Shown piece by piece: positions 57,354 to 64,000 of a stretch of 64,000 bases of DNA; the first letter of the stretch is position 1, and the number at the start of each line of letters is the position of its first letter. The notes under the pieces were generated by a model. The model ran no database searches. It worked only from the letters and a program-made list of their open reading frames with translations, and was not told the origin of the DNA. The DNA comes from an uncultured Acidobacteriota bacterium (GTDB lineage: Bacteria; Acidobacteriota; JAQAZP01), in assembly GCA_963836075.1 (NCBI GenBank), contig CAWIIB010000009.1, forward strand, positions 1,088,001 through 1,152,000, in the 5' to 3' direction. Position numbers and translations under genes: made by a program.

Positions 57354-59042
57354 TCAGGGCAGCACCGGCCTGGTGCTGCGGATGGTCTGGCGGTAAAGGG
57401 GGATGTACTTCTTCACCAGCACCTGGTCCCAGGAGCAGTTGGTCCGCACGTGCTCGGCGGCCTGGACCTGGATCTTGCGCAGGACGGTGGTGCGGGTGCG
57501 GCGGTAGGTCCGCAGCGCCCGCTCGATGGCCGCCAGCAGCTCCGGCGCGCCGCCGAGGTAGGAGTAGCCGAAGCGGCCGTCGATGGTCTTCACCAGGCCC
57601 CCCACCCGGTGGACGATGGGCACGTTGCCCATCAGCTGGGCAAAGTAGTCGGTGAGCCCGCACGGTTCGTAGCGCGAGGGGATGAGGCAGAAGTCACCGG
57701 CAGCGTATACCTGGTTGGCCAGGGCGCCGTTGTAGCCCAGGGCCAGGCAGACCCGCCCGGGGAAGTCCCCGGCCAGGCGGATGAAGTCCCGCTCGATATC
57801 GTCGGACCCGGAACCGAGGCCCAGCAGCTGCACCTTGTCGTCCCGCTCGAAGAGGTCGCGCAGCGCCGTGACCAGCGTGTCGTAGCCCTTCTGAAACTCC
57901 AGCCGCCCCACAAAGCTGAGCAGCGGCGTGTCCGGGGCATAGGTCGCCGCGCCGTAGAGGGTGATCCCCTCCGGGGCCTGGCCGGCGCCCAGCTGCTCCA
58001 GCAGCTTCTGCTTGCAGACCTCCTTGCCGTCGAGGTCGTTGCCTGCCGGCCAGAACGGGGCGGCGGTGCCCAGCTGCTGGTTCTCCCGCGGGTCGTAGAG
58101 CGCCGGGTCCACACCGTTGGTCACCCCGTGGAGGGTGATGCCGCGGCCGGCCAGGGCATGGCCCAGCCAACCGGTGAGCGAGTCCTGGCCGGTCTCCTGC
58201 AGCTCGCGGGCGTAGTTCTCGCTCACCGCGTTGATCGCGGTGCCGTAGAGCGCGCCGGCCAGCAGCGGGTCGAAGGAGCCGTTGAGCAGACAGCCGTTCA
58301 CCACTTCCGGCTGCACCCCGCAGACGGCGGCGGCGAAGTCCAGGTCGCCGATCTCCTGGTGGTAGCCCAGGCCGGCGTTGTGGATGGTGACCAGGGTCGG
58401 GGTGTAGCCCAGCCGGGGGGCAAAGCCGTCGGCCGAGGCCTGGGCGATGAGCGGCAGCAGGGCGGTGTGCCCGTCGTGAAGGTGGACGATGTCCGGGGCC
58501 AGGCCCAGGGTCCCGATGGCCATCAGCGTCCCCTTGACCAGCAGCACGTTCATCGGGAAGTAGTCGTAGTAGCCGGTGCCCTTGAGACGGGGGCGGCCCA
58601 GGGCCGAGGCTTCTGACCCGGTGTACTGGTAGATCCCGCGGCGGGGGATGGTGCCGTCCATCTCGTCGAGGAACTCGTAGCGCTTGGCCTGCACCAGGTA
58701 GATGGTGAGCCGGCGGGACAGGGAAAGGCTGAACACGGTCACCCGCTCGAAGCGGTCCGGCTGGTCGGGGTAGGCCATGGGCACCTTGAAGCCGGCCACC
58801 TTCTGCAGCTCGAGGTCCGAGCGCTCGATGATCTCCGGGTAGCAGGGAAGGAAGACGTCGGTGTGGATGCCGGCCACGGCCGAGGCCCGGGCCAGTCCGG
58901 CGGTGACGTCCTTGATCCCGCCGGCGCCGGCCAGCCCCTCGAACTCGCGGGAGACGTGGGCCACGCGCTTCACCGCCGGGGTTCGGCTCCCGCCGCTGGA
59001 GGACTTGCGGCGCGCCGGGGATTTTTTCCTGTTGTTGACCAT
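57354..59042 (-). CDS. GT5 glycogen/starch synthase-like glycosyltransferase
   Basis: AGGIKDV, DIVHLHDGHTA, TIHNAG..YHQ, NAVSENYAREL, GVTNGVD, VGRLEFQKG, PSRYEPCGLT, VGGLVKT. Confidence 0.9.
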   Translation of the reverse strand: MVNNRKKSPARRKSSSGGSRTPAVKRVAHVSREFEGLAGAGGIKDVTAGLARASAVAGIHTDVFLPCYPEIIERSDLELQKVAGFKVPMAYPDQPDRFERVTVFSLSLSRRLTIYLVQAKRYEFLDEMDGTIPRRGIYQYTGSEASALGRPRLKGTGYYDYFPMNVLLVKGTLMAIGTLGLAPDIVHLHDGHTALLPLIAQASADGFAPRLGYTPTLVTIHNAGLGYHQEIGDLDFAAAVCGVQPEVVNGCLLNGSFDPLLAGALYGTAINAVSENYARELQETGQDSLTGWLGHALAGRGITLHGVTNGVDPALYDPRENQQLGTAAPFWPAGNDLDGKEVCKQKLLEQLGAGQAPEGITLYGAATYAPDTPLLSFVGRLEFQKGYDTLVTALRDLFERDDKVQLLGLGSGSDDIERDFIRLAGDFPGRVCLALGYNGALANQVYAAGDFCLIPSRYEPCGLTDYFAQLMGNVPIVHRVGGLVKTIDGRFGYSYLGGAPELLAAIERALRTYRRTRTTVLRKIQVQAAEHVRTNCSWDQVLVKKYIPLYRQTIRSTRPVLP

Positions 59043-59068
59043 TCGATTCCCCCCACGGGGCGGGCCGT

Positions 59069-60397
59069 TCAGGCCTTGGCGATCTTCAGCGATTCAACCC
59101 GGTAGATCCAGAGCACCTCACCGAGGCAGAGCAGGCAGATAAAGCTGTTGCTGACCGCATAGGCGATGGCCGCGCCGTTGATTCCCAGTGACGGTATCAG
59201 GTAATAGCACAGCCCGACCATCATGAGCAACAGGGCCAGCGAGTTGACCGTGTTGTACTGCGGGCGGCCCATCATCGAGATGGAAAACCCGATGGGGCCG
59301 GCCAGGGCGGCGGCCACGTTGCCCAGGGCCATGATCAGCAGGGCCTCCCGGACGGCCACGTATTCCGGGCCGAATATGGCCAGCACGTAGTTGGCGGCCA
59401 CCACGTAGAACAGGACCATGGTGATGGAGAAGATGGAGACGATGACACTGACTTTGAACTGCAGGCGCTTGATCGACTTGAGGTCCTTCTTGCCGAAGAA
59501 GTTCCCCACCATCGGGGTGAAGATGGCGTTCACCGCCGGGGAGAGGATCAGCGGCAAAAAGGCGGCCTTGAAGGCCACGTTGTACAGCGCCACATCGGTG
59601 GTGAGCAGGAAGAAGGCGATGAGAAAGACGTTGATCTCGTCACGGAACTTGCTCAGGGTGGCGGTGATCGAGACATAGAGGGTGAAGCGGATCACCCGCT
59701 TGCCGTGTGGCTCGGGCACCACGCTGCGGTCGAAGAGAAAACCGAACTCCCGCCGGACCACAAAACAGGTATAGATGAGGATGACCAGGGCGGCCAGCGG
59801 GTAGGCCACGGCAAAGACCAGCAGCAGGTGGTCGGGGTCGATGAAGATCAGGGCGATCAGGACGAAGAGGATGACCAGCACCATCTGGCCGATGAGGGCG
59901 ATGTATTCGTATTTGACCAGGAACTTGCTGCGCAGCAGGCCCACGTTGACCGAGGAGAGCGCCTGGAAAAAGGCGCTGAACGACATCAGGTGGATCAGCA
60001 GGGCCAGGCCCGGTTTTTCGTAGATGTGGTTGGCGATATACGGCGCGGCGATATTGAGCAGGATCAGCAGGACGCCGTTGACCGGCAGGGCCAGCTTGTA
60101 GATGTGGATGGCCACGCTCTTGATCTTGGCCGGTGAACCCTCGCCCGCAAAGAGCGAGCCGTAGCGGATGATGGTGATCGGCAGGCTGTAGGACAGGAAA
60201 AAAGCGGTGATGGCCACGCTGGTGGCCAGGATGAACAGACCGAACTCCTCCATGCCCAGGACGCGGGCCTTGAAGATCGTGATCAGCAGGCCCATGGCCA
60301 TGTTGATCGACACCCCGGCAAAGGCGATGCTGGTCCCCTTGGCCAGCAGGCGGTCGTCAGTGCCCAGCCGGTTTTTAAATTGCCGAAATGTTTGCAT
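59069..60397 (-). CDS. Wzx/MOP-family oligosaccharide flippase
   Basis: Multiple TMs; ARVLGMEEFG, VALYNVA, IFGPEY, LIPSLGINGAAIA. Confidence 0.9.
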   Translation of the reverse strand: MQTFRQFKNRLGTDDRLLAKGTSIAFAGVSINMAMGLLITIFKARVLGMEEFGLFILATSVAITAFFLSYSLPITIIRYGSLFAGEGSPAKIKSVAIHIYKLALPVNGVLLILLNIAAPYIANHIYEKPGLALLIHLMSFSAFFQALSSVNVGLLRSKFLVKYEYIALIGQMVLVILFVLIALIFIDPDHLLLVFAVAYPLAALVILIYTCFVVRREFGFLFDRSVVPEPHGKRVIRFTLYVSITATLSKFRDEINVFLIAFFLLTTDVALYNVAFKAAFLPLILSPAVNAIFTPMVGNFFGKKDLKSIKRLQFKVSVIVSIFSITMVLFYVVAANYVLAIFGPEYVAVREALLIMALGNVAAALAGPIGFSISMMGRPQYNTVNSLALLLMMVGLCYYLIPSLGINGAAIAYAVSNSFICLLCLGEVLWIYRVESLKIAKA

Positions 60398-60536
60398 GGT
60401 GCTGCCGATGATACCCTTTGTAAGAGTATCATGATACAGACTTTATGAAATGTTAGCAAGGATGGGGAAGGCGGGCTGGGGAGACCTCCGGCGGAGCGTC
60501 AGGCGGGTCTCCCCGTGCGCGTACAACGGACCGGGA

Positions 60537-60620
60537 TCAGCTGGTTCCGCGCAGCCGGGCCACCCGCTCCTCGATGGGCGGGTGGGTGCTGAACAGGCCG
60601 GCCAGCCCGCCGCCCCGGAG
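60537..60620 (-). pseudogene. 3' remnant of an HtpX (M48) protease gene
   Basis: LRGGGLAGLFSTHPPIEERVARLRGTS-stop, the characteristic HtpX C-terminus; no upstream coding region. Confidence 0.85.
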
Positions 60621-60679
60621 GTCAACCTCCGGGGACACGGTATTTACGCATTGAGATGGTGGGGATGTTCTCCGGGCGC

Positions 60680-63224
60680 TCATGGCGCCACCCCCGTGAC
60701 CGTGCAGCCGTCGCTGTCCATATCCCCCTCGGGCGGATAGGGCGGCCGGTTGTAGGGCGCCGGGGTCACGTCTTCAGCCATGAAAAAGAACTCGGTGTCG
60801 CCCAGCAGGTCGGCCAGGGCCGGGATGCCCTGCCACCAGTCGGCGGTCAGGCTCGCCCCGCCCAGCAGGTTCACTGACCCGCGGCGCCAGTTCTGGTAGT
60901 AGGGCCCGTCGGCAAGGTCGACATCGAGCTGGTAGGCGAAGCGCCGGGCCTGCTCGGTGTAGGTGTTGGTCAGGGTCAGCACGAACCGCGAGCTGAAGGG
61001 CAGGGTGCCCGAGGAGGGGACGCAGGTCATGGAGGTGGAAAGGGTTTTGGTGGCGGTGATCGTGTTGTTGAGGAGGATCGTGACGGCGTCCTCGGCGTAG
61101 TTGCAGACCGCCGCGTCCCGGTCGCCGTCGCCGTCGAAGTCGGCCAGGACCGGGGAGAATGGATCGCACCAGGTGCCGAACTGAATCGGCTCCTCGAATG
61201 TTCCGTCGCCATTCCCTGCCAGAACACCCAGGGTATCCGGCCCGCGATTGGCGACCACCAGGTCGTCCAGGCCGTCGCCGTCCACGTCGCCCGCGGCAAG
61301 GTCGTATGGACGCACACCCGCGTAGTGGGTCACCGGGGCCTGGAAGGAGCCGTCGCCGTTGCCCTTCAGCAGTTCGATGGCGCCGCTATCTGTCATGGCC
61401 ACCGCCAGGTCGGCGATCCCGTCGCCGTCGAAGTCGTGGGCCACGATCCCCGCCGGGTCCACCCCCGCCAGGTCGTAGCGTGCCGGCTCGTCAAACGTGC
61501 CGTCGCCGTTGCCGAGGAACACCGAAACACGGTCCGGATAGGAGTAGCTGATGGTCTGGGTCACCGCCAGGTCGAGCTGCCCGTCGCCGTCGAAGTCGCC
61601 GCCGGCCAATCCATGGGGCGTATAGCTGAATTCCTGCAGCAGCGGGGCCTGAAACGTGCCGTCGCCGTTGCCCGCCAGGACCGCGATGGCGGTGGGGTCG
61701 TCGTTGACCGTCACCACGTCGAGGATGTCGTCGCCGGTGGCGTCGTCGAGCACAATCTCGATCGGCTGGTCGCCGGTGTCATACATCACGCGCTCCTGAA
61801 AAGTGCCGTCACCGTTGTTGATGAACACCGATACGGTGTCGATCATGTGGTTCAGCACGGCGAGGTCCGGGTCGCCGTCCTCGTCGAGGTCGGCGCCGGC
61901 GGAGTCCACAGGAAAATTGCCGCAGAAGTAGTTCAGCGGGGCATGAAAGGTGCCGTCCCCGTGGCCGTGGAGCACGGAGAGGAAGCCTCCGCTCCCCCCG
62001 GCGGCCAGGTCGGGGACGCCGTCCCCGTTGAGGTCGGCGGCGATCAGTGTGATCGCTTCGTCGGTGGCGGGTGTCGTGGGCGGGATGTCAAACGTGCCGT
62101 CGCCGCGGCCCAGCACCATGCCCACGTGGTTCGCAGATCCCCTGGTAAAAACCAGGTCGGGGATGCCGTCGTTGTTCATCCCGGCTGCCAGCGCCCGGCG
62201 GATGTAACCGGACGGCAGTTGTGGGCCCTCTTCGAAGGTGCCGTCCCCGTTGCCGTAGAGCAGAGAGACGGCCGGGATTGTGGTGTCGTAGGCGTTTGAG
62301 TAGCTCACCACCAGGTCGAGGATCCCGTTATCGTCCAGGTGACCGGGATCGATGAAAAACGGGCGGCTGGCGAGCGGGATATCGCCGGGCGGTTGGAGCG
62401 TGCCGTCGCCGCTGTTGAGATACAGTCTGATCCCGCTGAAGAGGTTGTCGATGACCAGCAGGTCCGGGTGCCCGTCCCCGTTCACGTCGCCCGTGGCCGC
62501 ATCCAGGGTATCGCTCTCGCCGTAGGTTACGGGAGGGCCGAAGGTGCCGTCGCCGAGGCCGGGGAGCACCACCACGGCGGGGTCGTGCCAGCCGTCGTTG
62601 GTGGTCACCAGGTCGAGGTGGCCGTCGCCGTCCAGGTCGGCGGCGACGATGTCGGTGGCCGTCGCGCCGGTGGGGTAGTGCACCGGGTAGTCGAAGGTCC
62701 CGTCACCGCGGCCCAGCGCTACGGAGATGTTGTTGTCGTCACCGCTGTTGCCGGTGGCCACGTCGAGGTGCCCGTCGTTGTCCAGGTCGGCGAGCACGAT
62801 GCCGTGCGGTTCGAAGCCGCCCAGATGGATCACCGCCGGCTGGAAGGTGCCGTCCCCGTTGCCCAGCAGGCTGGTGAAGCGGCCGGCCTCGCTGTTCCCC
62901 GCCACCAGGTCGAGGTGGCCGTCCTCGTTGATGTCGCCGGCCGCCAGGTCCCGCGGGCCCTCCTCGGTGAAGTAGTCGGTCCGGCTGTGCAGGGTGCCGT
63001 CCCCGGCGCCGAGCATCACCGTGACCCTGTCCGCTTCAAGCCGGGCCACGGCCACGTCGCGGATGCCGTCGCCGTCGAAGTCTTCAGCCACCAGGCCCAG
63101 GGGCGTTCCGGTGAGCCAGGTACTCCTCCGGCGCGTCGAAGAGCGAATCCGGGCCGGCAGCCGCCGGGACGGCAGCCATGATGCAGGCGATGAGCATTGT
63201 GATGACGATCGGTCGGGCGTTCAT
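60680..63224 (-). CDS. Secreted FG-GAP/VCBS repeat protein with the 122-aa C-terminal domain; frameshift near 63115
   Basis: ATG at 63224 (ATGA-coupled) encodes the signal peptide MNARPIVITMLIACIMAAVPAAA; the body (DxDGDGxxDL repeats) is in the frame of track ORF 60680..63091. Confidence 0.85.
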
Positions 63225-64000
63225 GGTGTCACCCCCGTGATGGTGCAGCCATCGGAGTCGAAGCTCCCTGCCGGCGGGTAGGGCGGCTGGTTGAACGGCG
63301 CCGGCGTCACGTCCATCGAGCGGAGGGAGAACCGCGTGTCGCCGGACAGCGAATCCAGCTCCGGGATGGTCTGCCACCAGCCGACGATTGCGGTCTCTCC
63401 CGGCGCGATGTTGGCCCACCCCCGCCGCCAGTTGACGTAGCGCGGGCCGTGGGCCAGGGTGACATCGATCTGCGACTGGATGCGCCGGGCCTGGCCGGGA
63501 AAGGCATTGGTCACGTTCGCCGCGAGGAAGGTGGAGAAGGGCAGCGTGCCCGATGCGGGCTGGCAGGAGAGCTCCACGTCAACGGTGCTGGCCAGGGGGC
63601 GCCTGACCAGGGTGAAGATGGATTTGTTTCGGTTCTCGTAGCTGTGGCGATTGAAGGTGACCAGGTCCGGGTGGCCGTCCCCGTTCAGATCACCGCGGAA
63701 CAGGACGTAGGGGCCCTCCCTGGTGCCGTAGGTTTCCGGTGTCCCGAAGGTGCCGTCACCGTTGCCGTAAAGGACCCGGACGTGGTCGTTGGCCTCGTCG
63801 GTAACGGCGATGTCGAGGTTTCCGTCGCCGTCCAGGTCGGCGGTGACGATGCCCGAGGGCATCCCGCCCTCGTCGATGCTCGCCGCGGCGTCGAAGGTGC
63901 CGTCACCGTTGCCGGCGAGGAGCACGACAACGCCGCCGTCCCGGCAGGCCACGGCCAGGTCCTCGTGGCCGTCACCGTCCAGGTCGTCGACCGCGATTCC
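63221..64000 (-). CDS. FG-GAP/VCBS repeat protein with the 122-aa C-terminal domain (5' end beyond the window)
   Basis: Open to the window edge; DLDGDG repeats; ends DVTPAPFNQPPYPPAGSFDSDGCTITGVTP. Confidence 0.9.
   Translation of the reverse strand, partial: GIAVDDLDGDGHEDLAVACRDGGVVVLLAGNGDGTFDAAASIDEGGMPSGIVTADLDGDGNLDIAVTDEANDHVRVLYGNGDGTFGTPETYGTREGPYVLFRGDLNGDGHPDLVTFNRHSYENRNKSIFTLVRRPLASTVDVELSCQPASGTLPFSTFLAANVTNAFPGQARRIQSQIDVTLAHGPRYVNWRRGWANIAPGETAIVGWWQTIPELDSLSGDTRFSLRSMDVTPAPFNQPPYPPAGSFDSDGCTITGVTP

Noticed and set aside
55114-57529. Duplicated gene end as a DGR TR/VR pair
   Set aside because: Mismatches are not confined to adenines, the target is a glycosyltransferase, and there is no reverse transcriptase nearby.
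63084-63086. TGA ending the signal-peptide ORF as another selenocysteine
   Set aside because: The downstream protein is in a different frame and there is no redox motif; this is a frameshift.

Overview
GC-rich (about 65% in core genes) bacterial window from a diderm (LptD present), most likely Acidobacteriota. That assignment is an inference from the Acidobacteria-type VWA protein and the FG-GAP-like GAGPG-x-GPHVRGWN repeats. No rRNA, tRNA, CRISPR array, integrase or transposase was recognised. Housekeeping and accessory genes include katG with a Fur/PerR regulator, msrB, nadE, rsmI, lptD, rfbD, pepF, two-component systems, a rhomboid, a GT5 glycosyltransferase, a flippase and an MNT-HEPN pair. 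Four things stand out. (1) A gapless 122-aa C-terminal domain ending DVTPAPYNQPPYPxxGD..CTxTGxxP-stop is fused to four secreted-type proteins with three different passenger types, plus one decayed subtilase; this is a candidate lineage-specific sorting or surface-anchoring system. (2) Two in-frame TGA codons sit in redox motifs, each followed by a SECIS-like hairpin: a UxxC TlpA lipoprotein and an apparently new secreted CxxU protein that also carries the 122-aa domain. (3) Integrase-free cargo islets (fur-katG; FG-GAP/MNT-HEPN/XRE; a sigma54 gene pair) are bracketed by diverged duplicates of a flanking gene end, and many short gene scars (hypD-like, S8, nitrilase, htpX) appear, some collapsed at microhomologies. 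(4) There is a dense population of palindromic REP/MITE-like elements with GGGGAC...GTCCCC ends. Three single-base frameshifts may be assembly errors. All family calls come from motif recognition by eye, not database searches.
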